From contig JBGARZ010000001.1 in assembly GCA_044229975.1 (NCBI GenBank), positions 928,001 through 992,000 of the forward strand: a stretch of DNA of 64,000 bases, in the 5' to 3' direction. Positions 29,711 to 39,628 of this stretch are shown in pieces. Both the position numbers and the translations under genes were made by a program. The stretch's first letter is position 1. Every line of letters begins with the position of its first letter. This DNA comes from Polyangiales bacterium (GTDB lineage: Bacteria > Myxococcota_A > Polyangia > Polyangiales > Ga0077539). The notes under the pieces are model-generated. The model saw only the letters and a program-made list of their open reading frames with translations. It was not told where the DNA came from and made no database searches.

Positions 29711-31447
29711 ATGATCGCACTGGGTCGACTCCAGCGCTTCGTGTTTTCCCTCTGTGCCTTCGCCGCGCTGCTCGTCGGCGCGACCCGCGACGCCGAGGCC
29801 ATTCCCCTGCTCAATGGCTTCGGTGGCCCGACGGGCTATGGCACCCCCGACCATTGCGTTCATCCCAACGATGACGGCTCGTACATGAGCGCCATCGACC
29901 TGCGCCCCGCCTTCCCCGGCGGTCTCAGCTTCTTCGGCAGCACCTACAACAACTTCTATCTCAACAACAACGGCAACATCACGTTCCGCGGCGCGCTCGG
30001 AACGTACACGCCCGCGGCCTTCCCCATCGCCAACCAGCCGATGATCGCCCCGTGGTGGGCCGACGTGGACACCCGCGGCGGCGGTCAGCCGACCAACAAC
30101 TCGATCTGCTTCCACATCGAGCCCAACCGCATCGTCATCACCTGGCACAACGTCGGCTACTTCGCGTCGCACAACGACCGCCTCAACGACTTCCAGATGA
30201 TCCTCTCGACCTCCGGCACCTGCACCACCGGCGGCGACTTCGACGTGGAGTTTCGTTACAACCGCTGCGAGTGGATCACCGGCGACGCCTCCGGCGGCAC
30301 CGGCGGCTTCGGCGGCACGCCCGCCCAGGTGGGCTTCGACGCGGGCGACCGCACCAACTTCGTCGCGCTCACCGAGTCGCGCATGCCGACGATCATCAAC
30401 GTCTGCCGCACCACCAACGTGTCGGGCGGCTCTCCGGGCCTCTACCGCTTCCAGATTCGCGGCGGTCGCGTGGGCGGCGGCTGCACCGGCGCGGGCCTCC
30501 CGTGCACCATCGCCGGCCAGATGGGCGCCTGCGCCATGGGCGTGACGATCTGCGCGGGCACGGGCACCACCTGCCAGCAGGTCAACATGCCGCGCGCTCG
30601 CGCCTGCAACGGCTTCGACAACGACTGCGACGGCACGGTGGACGAGGGCAACGAGCTCTGCGCCTCCAACCAGGTGTGCGACCGCGGCGCCTGCGTCGAC
30701 CGCTGCCAGCCCGAGCTCGGCTGCCTCACGGGCCGCACCTGCTCAGACCGCGGAACCTGCGTCGAGACCTCCTGCCTCGACGTCACCTGCCCGTCGGGTC
30801 AGCGCTGCGCGGGCGGCCGATGCGTGGGCATCTGCGAGGGCGTCAACTGCCCGTGGGCCCAGAGCTGCCGCGCCGGCCGCTGCGTCAACCCGTGCACCGA
30901 CGTGGTGTGCGACGGCCGCGACGTCTGCGACGACGACCCCCGCTCGATGACCTTCGGCCAGTGTGTCGCAGGTTGCCAGTGCCGCCCCTGCCGCAGCGGC
31001 CTTAGCTGCCAGCCCGATGGCCACTGCACCGAAGACGCCTGCACCGGCGTGACCTGCCCGACCGGCCAGCACTGCGAAGAGGGCACCTGCCGCGACTCGT
31101 GCGCGACCGGCCCCGACACCCGGCTCTGCCCCGCGGGTGAAGTCTGCCGCCTCGGCGACTGCACCCCCGGCATGAGCACCACCAACCCCGACGCGGGCGT
31201 CATCCCGGCGACCGACGGCGGCCGACCCACCGGCGACACCGGGCCCGTCACCCGCACCGACAGCGGCGTCCGCACCGACGGCGCCGTTCGCGTCGACTCG
31301 GGCGTGACCTTCCGCTGGACGCCCGCCGACCGCGGTTGCCAGTGCCGCGCGGGCGCAGGCGAGACGTCCCCGCGCTGGGGTGGCCTCGGCGCCCTCGCGC
31401 TCGGTGCCGCCCTCGCCCTGCGTCGCCGCCGCCGCGCCGCGCGCTGA
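29711..31447 (+). CDS. Nidogen-like (NIDO) domain + Cys-rich repeats + MYXO-CTERM protein, copy 1
   Basis: NDDGS, FFG..Y..FYLNNNGNITF, IAPWWADVDTR, TWHNVGY, NDFQMIL; C-terminal GCQC...TM...RRRRR. Confidence 0.85.
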   Translation: MIALGRLQRFVFSLCAFAALLVGATRDAEAIPLLNGFGGPTGYGTPDHCVHPNDDGSYMSAIDLRPAFPGGLSFFGSTYNNFYLNNNGNITFRGALGTYTPAAFPIANQPMIAPWWADVDTRGGGQPTNNSICFHIEPNRIVITWHNVGYFASHNDRLNDFQMILSTSGTCTTGGDFDVEFRYNRCEWITGDASGGTGGFGGTPAQVGFDAGDRTNFVALTESRMPTIINVCRTTNVSGGSPGLYRFQIRGGRVGGGCTGAGLPCTIAGQMGACAMGVTICAGTGTTCQQVNMPRARACNGFDNDCDGTVDEGNELCASNQVCDRGACVDRCQPELGCLTGRTCSDRGTCVETSCLDVTCPSGQRCAGGRCVGICEGVNCPWAQSCRAGRCVNPCTDVVCDGRDVCDDDPRSMTFGQCVAGCQCRPCRSGLSCQPDGHCTEDACTGVTCPTGQHCEEGTCRDSCATGPDTRLCPAGEVCRLGDCTPGMSTTNPDAGVIPATDGGRPTGDTGPVTRTDSGVRTDGAVRVDSGVTFRWTPADRGCQCRAGAGETSPRWGGLGALALGAALALRRRRRAAR

Positions 31448-31618
31448 CCGCTCCTCCGCTCCCCCATCATCCGCGCGGCTGACGCGCCCCCGCCACTCTC
31501 GACGGGGGCCGCCGCGCTGCGCTATACGACCGACAAGCGCCGTGCGGCCGGTGTGCAAGCGCACCGCTCGGCTCTACTTCTCTTGTTGCGCTAGCGCGCA
31601 GAAACGAGCCGACCGTCC

Positions 31619-33370
31619 ATGACCGCCCCGGGCCAGCTCCGACGTCTCCTCCACGTGTGCGCCGCGATGGCCCTCACGACCCTCGGCGCCCGTGCGGCGG
31701 AGGCCATTCCCCTCATCAACGGCTTCGGTGGCCCGACGGGCTACGGCACGCCCGACCACTGCGTTCATCCCAACGACGACGGCTCGTACTCGGGCCCCAC
31801 GGGCACCGGCGCGGCGGTCGCCATCGACCTGCGCCCGGCCTTCCCCTCGGGCCTCGCGTTCTTCGGGCGCACCTTCGAGAGCTTCTATCTCAACACCAAC
31901 GGCAACATCACGTTCCGCGGGGGTCTCGGCACCTTCACGCCGGCGCCGTTTCCCGTGGCCGAGCAGCCGATGATCGCGCCGTGGTGGGCCGACGTGGACA
32001 CCCGCGGGGGGGGCCAGCCGAGCAACAACTCGATCTGCTACCACATCGAGGCCAACCGCATCGTCGTGACCTGGCACAACGTCGGCTACTTCGCGTCGCA
32101 CAACGACCGCCTCAACGACTTCCAGATGATCCTCTCGACCTCGGGCACCTGCACCCGGGTCGGCGACTTCGACGTCGAGTTTCGCTACAACCGCTGCGAG
32201 TGGGTGACGGGCGACGCGTCGGGCGGCATGGGCGGCTTCGGTGGGACGCCCGCCCAGGTGGGCTTCGACGCGGGCAACCGCACCAACTACGTGGCGCTCC
32301 CCGAGTCGCGCACCGCGGACATCATCAACGTGTGCCGCACCACCAACGTGCGCGGCGGCTCGCCCGGCCTCTACCGCTTCCAGATTCGCGGCGGCATCGT
32401 GGGCGGCGGCTGCACGGGCGCGGGCGTGCCGTGCACCGTCGCGGGGCAGATGGGCGCGTGCGCCATGGGCGTGACCATCTGCGCGGGCACCGGCGTCACC
32501 TGCCAGCAGGTCAACATGCCGCGCGCTCGCGCCTGCAACGGCTTCGACAACGACTGCGACGGCGCGCCCGACGAGGGCAACGACCTGTGCAGCTCCACCC
32601 AGGTCTGCGACCGCGGCACCTGCGTCGATCGCTGCCAGCCCGAGCTCGGCTGCCTCACCGGCCGCACCTGCTCCACCCGCGGCACCTGCGTCGAGACGTC
32701 CTGCCTCGACGTCGAGTGTGCGGCCGGCACGCGCTGCTCGGACGGTCGCTGCATCGGCGTCTGCGAAGGCGTGACGTGCCCCTACGCGCAGGTCTGCCGC
32801 GCGGGCCGCTGCGTCAATCCCTGCCAGGGCCTCGTGTGTGACGGCCGCGACATCTGCGACGGCGATCCGCGCTCGATGACCTTCGGCACGTGCATCCCGG
32901 GCTGCCAGTGCGTGCCCTGCGCCGAGGGGTCGAGCTGCCAGCCCGACGGCTACTGCGCGGCCGACCTCTGCGTCGGCGTGAGCTGCCCCACCGGCACGTA
33001 CTGCGAGGGCGGCATGTGCCGCGACGCCTGCGAGGCCGGGCCCGACACCACCCTCTGCCCCGCGGGCGAAGTGTGCCGCGACGGCAACTGCGTCCCGGGC
33101 AGCAACCCTGGGCCCACCCGCGACGCGGGCGTTGCCGACGGGGCGGTCACCGACGGCGGGCGCGTGCGCGACGCGGGCCGCAACGACAGCGGCATGGCGG
33201 GCGACGCAGCCCGTGACAGCGGCAGCGGGAGCGGCGGTCTGCCTCCCTCCAGCCGCGGGTGCAGCTGCCGCACGGCGTCGAGCGACACCGACGGGCGCTG
33301 GCCGGTCGGGCTGCTCGGCCTCGGGCTCGCCCTGACCCTGCGCCGGCGCCGACGCGCGAGCGCGCGCTGA
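31619..33370 (+). CDS. Nidogen-like (NIDO) domain + Cys-rich repeats + MYXO-CTERM protein, copy 2
   Basis: Closely similar to 29711-31447; C-terminal GCSC...TM...RRRRR. Confidence 0.85.
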   Translation: MTAPGQLRRLLHVCAAMALTTLGARAAEAIPLINGFGGPTGYGTPDHCVHPNDDGSYSGPTGTGAAVAIDLRPAFPSGLAFFGRTFESFYLNTNGNITFRGGLGTFTPAPFPVAEQPMIAPWWADVDTRGGGQPSNNSICYHIEANRIVVTWHNVGYFASHNDRLNDFQMILSTSGTCTRVGDFDVEFRYNRCEWVTGDASGGMGGFGGTPAQVGFDAGNRTNYVALPESRTADIINVCRTTNVRGGSPGLYRFQIRGGIVGGGCTGAGVPCTVAGQMGACAMGVTICAGTGVTCQQVNMPRARACNGFDNDCDGAPDEGNDLCSSTQVCDRGTCVDRCQPELGCLTGRTCSTRGTCVETSCLDVECAAGTRCSDGRCIGVCEGVTCPYAQVCRAGRCVNPCQGLVCDGRDICDGDPRSMTFGTCIPGCQCVPCAEGSSCQPDGYCAADLCVGVSCPTGTYCEGGMCRDACEAGPDTTLCPAGEVCRDGNCVPGSNPGPTRDAGVADGAVTDGGRVRDAGRNDSGMAGDAARDSGSGSGGLPPSSRGCSCRTASSDTDGRWPVGLLGLGLALTLRRRRRASAR

Positions 33371-33425
33371 CGCCACCGACACTTTTACCCTCCCTCGTAA
33401 CAACAGCCCCCGTGAGGATCTCCCG

Positions 33426-35561
33426 ATGAAGCGATCGAAGCTCGCCCCCATGGTGTGCGCCTGTCTGGCTGCGTTCTCTGTCGCGCACTGCGGCGACGAC
33501 ACCGGCTCGACGCCCGACGCCGGCGGCGGCGGCAACAACTGCGAGGCGGCCGCGAGCATGGTGCCGGGCACCTGGCGCACCGTCGCCAGCGGAACCACGG
33601 ACAACATCCTCTCGATGTGGGGCTCGGCGCCCGACCAGCTCTACGTGCTCGGCGAGCAGACGCTGCGTCGCTACAACGGCACCGCGTGGGTCGACGGCCC
33701 GGCGCTCGAACTCGCCGACGACATGGGTCGCCGCAACTTCCGCCTGGTGTCCATCGGCGGCTTCGGCGACGCGGTGTTTGGCGGCGGCGCGAGCATCCCC
33801 GAGGACGGCTCGGCCGATCCCCCGGAGGGCGCGATTCTCCGGTATCGGGGCTCGCCGCTGATGCCGCCGATGGCGGTCACGGCGCGGCTGGGCACCACCG
33901 AGCTGCGGATGTTCTGGGGCAGCTCGGCGACGGACCTCTGGGCCGTCGGCGGCAACATGGCCTGGCACTACGACGGCACCGCGTGGACGCAGCGCTCGAC
34001 GGGCATCGCGGGCGAGAGCGACCTGCAGGCGATCTACGGGTTCGGCACCAACGATCTGTGGGCGGTGGGCGCGAAGGTCTACCGCGGCGACGGCACCACC
34101 TGGACGCAGCAGCCGCTCACCGGATCGACCTACTACTACGGGGTGTGGGGACCGGCGGCCAACGACGTGTGGCTCGTCGGCACGAGCGCCGCGCAGCGGT
34201 GGGACGGGCAGCGCTTCAACCGCGTGCTCACGGGCACCACCGGGGTGCTGCGCGCGGTGTGGGGCAGCAGCGCGACGGACGTGTGGGCCGTCGGCGCGGG
34301 CGGCACGGCGGTGCACTGGAACGGCGCGGCCTGGGGGGCCGTCCCCTCCACGACGACGCGCGACCTGCGGGCCATCTGGGGTTTCGGCGCCAACAACATC
34401 TGGGCGGCCGGGGACAACGGGGCGATCGTCAACTACGTCGCGACGCGCCCGCCGACGCCCGCTGGCAACTGCAACATGAACATGGGCGGCACCGGCTTCG
34501 GTGACGGCATGGGCATCCGCCTCGCGGCGACGCAGTTCACGATCTGCGCGCGGCGGGCCGACTCCACGGCCGCGTGCTGGGGCGCCAACAACAACGGGAT
34601 GATCGCGGACGGCACGCGCGAGACGCGCTCGGCGCCGTCGGCCATCATGGGGCTGACGGACGTGGTCGACGTGGCGGTGGGGAGGTTCCACGGCTGCGCG
34701 GTGAAGAGCGACGGCAGCGCGTGGTGCTGGGGCACCGGTCGCAGCGGGCAGATCGGCAACGGCGACATGGTCGACCAGCCGACGCCGGTGCGGGTGACCG
34801 GCATCGACGACGCGCTCACGGTGGCCGTGGGCGATCAGCACTCGTGCGTCACGCGTCGCAGCGGCGCGGCCTCGTGCTGGGGCAACAACGCCGACGGGCA
34901 GGTGGGCGACGGAACCAACTCCAACCGGGCCTTTCCGGTGACGGTGTCGGGTCCATCGGACTTCGCGCAGCTCGACGCGGGCCCCAACCACACGTGCGGC
35001 ATCCGCTCCAACGGCGGCGTGGTGTGCTGGGGCCGCGGCACGCAGGGACAGCTCGGCGACGGCATGCGGATGAACAGCGCGACGCCCGTCGAGGTCGGCG
35101 GCATCGCCGATGCGACGGCGGTCTCGACGGGCCTCGGTCACACCTGCGTGGCGCGCATGTCAGGCGGGGTCTCCTGCTGGGGAGCCAACGCCCAGGGCCA
35201 GCTCGGTGATGGCACCACGATGGACCGCGCGACCCCCGTGGCAGTGCCCGGCATCGTGACGGCGACGTCGATCGGCGCCGGCAGCCAGCACTCCTGCGCG
35301 GTGCTGCGCTCGGGTGCTGCGCGCTGCTGGGGCGCCAACACGACGGGTCAGCTCGGCAACGGCACCACGGTCGCGAGCCCGACGCCCGTGGTGGTCTCGG
35401 TGGTCGACCGGGCCATCGGCATCGTGACGGGCTTCGACTTCACCTGCGCGCTCCGCGGCAACGGCGAGGTGCTCTGCTGGGGCAACAACATGAACGGCCA
35501 GCTCGGACGCGGAAACATCGGCGGCACCGGTCCCACGCCGGAGCGCGTGACGGGCTTCTGA
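33426..35561 (+). CDS. Lipoprotein with WG-xxxx-DvWAVG propeller repeats and RCC1/BLIP-II repeats
   Basis: VAHC signal; about 6 WGxxxxDxWAVG repeats; about 7 CWG.N..GQLGDG/HTC repeats. Confidence 0.85.
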   Translation: MKRSKLAPMVCACLAAFSVAHCGDDTGSTPDAGGGGNNCEAAASMVPGTWRTVASGTTDNILSMWGSAPDQLYVLGEQTLRRYNGTAWVDGPALELADDMGRRNFRLVSIGGFGDAVFGGGASIPEDGSADPPEGAILRYRGSPLMPPMAVTARLGTTELRMFWGSSATDLWAVGGNMAWHYDGTAWTQRSTGIAGESDLQAIYGFGTNDLWAVGAKVYRGDGTTWTQQPLTGSTYYYGVWGPAANDVWLVGTSAAQRWDGQRFNRVLTGTTGVLRAVWGSSATDVWAVGAGGTAVHWNGAAWGAVPSTTTRDLRAIWGFGANNIWAAGDNGAIVNYVATRPPTPAGNCNMNMGGTGFGDGMGIRLAATQFTICARRADSTAACWGANNNGMIADGTRETRSAPSAIMGLTDVVDVAVGRFHGCAVKSDGSAWCWGTGRSGQIGNGDMVDQPTPVRVTGIDDALTVAVGDQHSCVTRRSGAASCWGNNADGQVGDGTNSNRAFPVTVSGPSDFAQLDAGPNHTCGIRSNGGVVCWGRGTQGQLGDGMRMNSATPVEVGGIADATAVSTGLGHTCVARMSGGVSCWGANAQGQLGDGTTMDRATPVAVPGIVTATSIGAGSQHSCAVLRSGAARCWGANTTGQLGNGTTVASPTPVVVSVVDRAIGIVTGFDFTCALRGNGEVLCWGNNMNGQLGRGNIGGTGPTPERVTGF

Positions 35562-35638
35562 TCGGTCGGTCGGGGGGAGCAAACCCCCTCCTCGCAGGTG
35601 GCGATGGAGGGGGAAGAGGCGGTCGGGAGACCGATCAG
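35558..35638. repeat. 81-bp intergenic element with 10-bp terminal inverted repeats and internal hairpin (bidirectional terminator or REP/MITE-like)
   Basis: CTGATCGGTC (35558-35567) / GACCGATCAG (35629-35638); inner stem CCCCCTCC-TCGC..GCGA-T-GGAGGGGG (35584-35613). Confidence 0.55.
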
Positions 35639-37542
35639 GGCTGGGCGCTCTCGAGGCTGCTGCAGTTGCGCAGGGTGTTGGAGCCCGACCGACACGGGCC
35701 CGCGTTGCAGGCGCCCGGGCAGGTCGAGCACGCATACTGACTCGCCACGCGGCAGTAGGTGCCAAACACCGGGTCGGTAAACCCACCCGAGACGGCACAC
35801 TGCCAGTTGGCGGGGTCCGCGAGGTACGCGACCGGCTGGGTGGTGCACACCGTGGCGGCGAGCTTCCACGCGCGGCACGCGGCGGAGTCGCCGGTGTTGA
35901 AGGGGTACGTTCCGCCGAGAACGGTCGCGGCCGTGGTGTTGTAGGAGCTCGTGTCGCAGCCCGCGATGGGCGAGGTCCAGCCGTGATAGAGCGGCACCAC
36001 GCCGCACGCGCCGCGGACGCATCCCTGGCCCGCCGGGCACGCGTTGCCGCACACGCCGCAGTTGGTGCGGTCGCTCTGCGTGTTGACGCACGCGCTGCCG
36101 CAGCGGGTGGCGCCCGCCGAGCACGGCGCCGCGCAGGTGCCCGCCGCGCAGACGCGGTCGGTGGCGCAGGCGCGCGCGCACATCCCGCAGTTGGCGTTGT
36201 CGGTGCGCGGGTCGACGCACAGGCTGCCGCAGAGCAGGCTCGGCTCGCCGCACACGGCCGCGTCGACGCCCGCACGCGGGCGGCAGAGCCCCTCGCGGCA
36301 GGCGAAGCCGTCGAGGCAGGTGACGCCGCAGGCGCCGCAGTTGCCGGGGTCGTTCTGCGGGTCGACGCAGCGGCCCGAGCAGATGGTCTGGTTCATCGCG
36401 CACGAGGGCGCGCAGGCGCCGCCCGAGCAGAGCTGGCCCGCCGCGCAGGTGGTGCCACACGAGCCGCAGTTGAGGCGGTCGGTGGTGGTGTCCACGCAGA
36501 GGTCGCCGCAGCGCACCGAGCCCGTCGGGCAGATGAGCCGGCACATGCCCACCTCGCAGGTCTGTCCCCCGGCGCAGGCGCGGCCGCACATGCCGCAGTT
36601 GGTGCGATCGACGAGCGGGTTGATGCACGCGCCGCCGCAGGCGATGCGCCCGAAGGGGCACTCCGTGCGGCACATGCCCGCGCTGCAATACCCCGGCGCG
36701 GCGCAGGTGGTGCCGCAGGCGCCGCAGTTGTTGGTGTCGCTGTTGGTGTCGGTGCAGCGCCCGTTGCAGACGGCGAAGCCCGCCGGGCAGCCGAGGGCCA
36801 CGCACGCGCCCGCCACGCAGCGGCGGTCGACGGGGCAGGCGTTGTCACACGCGCCGCAGTGGGCGTTGCTGCTCGCGGTGTCGATGCACGCGTCGCCGCA
36901 GGTCTCCTGACCGGCGGGGCAGACGAGGCGACACGCGCCGGCCTCGCAGATGTGGCCGGTGGGGCAGCGGTTGCCGCAGCCGCCGCAGTTGCGCTCGTCG
37001 ACCTGGGTGTCCGAGCAGATGGAGCCGACCACCGCGGCCGCCGTGCCGGTGTCGCGCGCGACGCCGCCGTCGGGCTCGCGCAGCACGTCGCAGCGGGCGT
37101 ACATCGGGCCGCACTCCACGGAGCACGCGCCCTCCGAGCACACGAGGCCCGCGGCGCAAGCGCGGCCGCAGGCGCCGCAGTGGCCGCGGTCGGTCTGGAC
37201 GTTGACGCAGTTCTGCCCGCAGCGCTCCTGGCCCGTCGGGCAGGCGCCGAGGCAGCGGCCGCTCACGCACATCTGGTCGCTGGCGCAGGCGAAGCCGCAG
37301 GTGCCGCAGTTGGCGGGGTCGGCGCTGAGGTCGAGGCAGGTGCCGCGGCAGGCCGAGAGGGGCGCGTCGCAGACCAGCTTGCCGAGGTCGGTGGTGCTGG
37401 CGTCGGTCTGCGGCACGAAGCGGGTCTCCGTCGGGCCGCAGCCGTGCGCGAGCGCGAAGAGGACGAGCGCCGCGAAGGGAGCGACAGCGCGGGACGACGA
37501 TCGGGTGGGCATGGAGGGTTCCATCGTTCGCTGGGCGTTCAT
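35635..37542 (-). CDS. Cys-rich repeat (Stig1/MXAN_6577-like) lipoprotein
   Basis: LAHGC signal; about 10 CxDxxxDxxNCGxCGxxC repeats; start at 37542 (ATGA overlap) or 37512. Confidence 0.8.
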   Translation of the reverse strand: MNAQRTMEPSMPTRSSSRAVAPFAALVLFALAHGCGPTETRFVPQTDASTTDLGKLVCDAPLSACRGTCLDLSADPANCGTCGFACASDQMCVSGRCLGACPTGQERCGQNCVNVQTDRGHCGACGRACAAGLVCSEGACSVECGPMYARCDVLREPDGGVARDTGTAAAVVGSICSDTQVDERNCGGCGNRCPTGHICEAGACRLVCPAGQETCGDACIDTASSNAHCGACDNACPVDRRCVAGACVALGCPAGFAVCNGRCTDTNSDTNNCGACGTTCAAPGYCSAGMCRTECPFGRIACGGACINPLVDRTNCGMCGRACAGGQTCEVGMCRLICPTGSVRCGDLCVDTTTDRLNCGSCGTTCAAGQLCSGGACAPSCAMNQTICSGRCVDPQNDPGNCGACGVTCLDGFACREGLCRPRAGVDAAVCGEPSLLCGSLCVDPRTDNANCGMCARACATDRVCAAGTCAAPCSAGATRCGSACVNTQSDRTNCGVCGNACPAGQGCVRGACGVVPLYHGWTSPIAGCDTSSYNTTAATVLGGTYPFNTGDSAACRAWKLAATVCTTQPVAYLADPANWQCAVSGGFTDPVFGTYCRVASQYACSTCPGACNAGPCRSGSNTLRNCSSLESAQP

Positions 37543-39545
37543 GGGATGGGCGAGAAGCGGACGGTGCTGTTGGCCGACGGGACGCACACGGACGAGGTGT
37601 CCGAGGGGCAGCCCGAGATGGCGGCCGAGCCGTCACCGTTTTCGACGCCCACGGTGGCGGGCTCGGTGATGGCGAACTCGCGGTAGATCAGGTCGATCAC
37701 GTTGCTGCCCTCGTTGAAGACGATCTCCCCCGTGAAGGTGTCGGTGTCGCCGAGGAGCCGGGCCTGGTTCCACTCGATGACCCAGCGGCGGGTGGGCGCC
37801 GTGCCCGCCGTCGCCACGCACACGCCGGGGTTGTTCGTCGCGAGGTCGTCCCAGAAGAGGGCGACCACGGCGTTGGGCGCGCTCGCCGACGGAATCGACC
37901 CGCCGAGGGATGCGCTCGCCGCGCCATCGAGGCCGATCCAGCCGTTGCTGGCGAGGTTGACCATCGACCCCGTGGGGACGTCGACGGCCCAGTAGCGAAT
38001 CGCGAAGGGCGTCGGCGCGCGCACCGAGCCGTCGTCCGTCGTCGACAGGACGCGCAGCGACCCCTCGGCCGCGCACGCGTCGAAGAACCCGGCCGCGTTG
38101 GCGATGATCTCGCGGCGGTAGCGCGTCGGCGGCGCGTCGGTGCACATCCCGGCGAAGCACACGTCGCGGCCCGTGCAGGCGCGGCCGCACATCCCGCAGT
38201 TGGTCGCGCTCGACGTGAGGTCGATGCAGATCGAGCCGCAGCGGGTCGCCCCGGCGCCGCACACCTCGACGCAGGTGCCGTTGACGCACGCCCGGTCGCC
38301 CGCGCAGGGCCGCCCGCACATGCCGCAGTTGGCGCTGTCGTTGCGAACGTCGGTGCAGACCGCGCCGCATCGCAGGCTGGGCGACGGGCAGAACGGATCC
38401 GTCGACAGCACCGTGGTGCACACCCCGGCCGCGCAGACCTCACCGGCCGCGCAGGCCGTGCCGCACGCGCTGCAGTTGGCGGGGTCGGACGCGAGCACCG
38501 TGCAGGTGGTGCCGCAGAGCGCCTGACCCGTCGCGCAGGTGACGGCGCAGGCGCCGCCCGAGCAGACCTGCGACCCGACGCAGGTGGTGCCGCACGCTCC
38601 GCAGTTGGTGCGGTTGGACGTCGTGTCGACGCAGCGATCGCCGCAGCGGGTCTGCCCCGTCGCGCACGCCTGCCCGCAGACCCCTTCGATGCAGACCTGG
38701 CCCGTCGTGCACGTGGTGCCGCACGCTCCGCAGTTGGTCGCGCTGGTCTGCGTGTCGACGCAGTCGCCGTCGCAGCGGGTCTGGCTCGCCGCACACGCGC
38801 GGACGCACGCCCCGGCCTGACAGATGTCGCCCATGTTGCAGAGAGCGCCGCAGCGGCCGCAGTTTTCGCGGTCGGTCTGCAGGTCGGTGCAGCGCGCCCC
38901 GCACGCGGTCTGCCCCGCTCCGCACGCGCCCGGTCGGCACCGCGACGCCTGGCAGGTGAAGCCCGTCGCGCACGCCGCGCGGCAGGCGCCGCAGTTGGCG
39001 TTGTCGTTGGAGAGGTCGGCGCAGGTGGTACCGCACACCGACTCCCCGGCGGGGCACCCGGCCCGGCAGGTGGCCGCGACGCAGAGCTGCCCATCGTCGC
39101 AGGTGCGGCCGCAGGCGCCGCAGTTGGTGCGGTCGTTGGTGACGTTGACGCAGCGGGCGCCCGACGCGACGTCGCAGCGGATCGTCCCCGCCGCGCACTG
39201 CACCGCGCACTCGCCCTCGACACAGAGCTGGCCCGCGGCGCACGCGTTGCCACAAGCGCCGCAGTTGGCCTGGCTGTCCCAGGTGTCGACGCACTGGCCG
39301 CCGCAGAAGCTCTGCTTGTCGCCGCAGATGGAGAGGCAGGTGCTCGACACGCAGCGGAAGCCGTCGCCACAGGCGTTGCCGCACGCCCCGCAGTGTTGCC
39401 CGCTCGTCGAGAGGTCGACACAGGCCGCGCCGCACTGTGTCTGCGGCGGATTGCAGGTCACCCCGCCAGTGCCATCGGACGAACAACCCACCGCCGCGCT
39501 CAGCGCGACTCCTGCGGCAAGGAGCCGCCACCAGCGAAACGTCAC
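37539..39545 (-). CDS. Cys-rich repeat lipoprotein with C-terminal NIDO-like domain
   Basis: AGGAGG SD before GTG 39545; AAVGC signal; about 10 NCGACG repeats; SNGWI...ALFWDDL...WVIEW. Confidence 0.8.
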   Translation of the reverse strand: MTFRWWRLLAAGVALSAAVGCSSDGTGGVTCNPPQTQCGAACVDLSTSGQHCGACGNACGDGFRCVSSTCLSICGDKQSFCGGQCVDTWDSQANCGACGNACAAGQLCVEGECAVQCAAGTIRCDVASGARCVNVTNDRTNCGACGRTCDDGQLCVAATCRAGCPAGESVCGTTCADLSNDNANCGACRAACATGFTCQASRCRPGACGAGQTACGARCTDLQTDRENCGRCGALCNMGDICQAGACVRACAASQTRCDGDCVDTQTSATNCGACGTTCTTGQVCIEGVCGQACATGQTRCGDRCVDTTSNRTNCGACGTTCVGSQVCSGGACAVTCATGQALCGTTCTVLASDPANCSACGTACAAGEVCAAGVCTTVLSTDPFCPSPSLRCGAVCTDVRNDSANCGMCGRPCAGDRACVNGTCVEVCGAGATRCGSICIDLTSSATNCGMCGRACTGRDVCFAGMCTDAPPTRYRREIIANAAGFFDACAAEGSLRVLSTTDDGSVRAPTPFAIRYWAVDVPTGSMVNLASNGWIGLDGAASASLGGSIPSASAPNAVVALFWDDLATNNPGVCVATAGTAPTRRWVIEWNQARLLGDTDTFTGEIVFNEGSNVIDLIYREFAITEPATVGVENGDGSAAISGCPSDTSSVCVPSANSTVRFSPIP

Positions 39546-39628
39546 TTGAACCTCCTGAAGGGTGCGGGCGCAGTCTCGCCCCCTTGCCCGACGTCGGTCA
39601 ATCCAGTACCTGTCCGCCCGCACGCGCC

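Noticed and set aside
35635..39545. Periodic GCCGCAGTTGG repeats as a CRISPR array
   Set aside because: They are the reverse complement of codons for NCG in protein repeats; no cas genes and no constant repeat-spacer structure.
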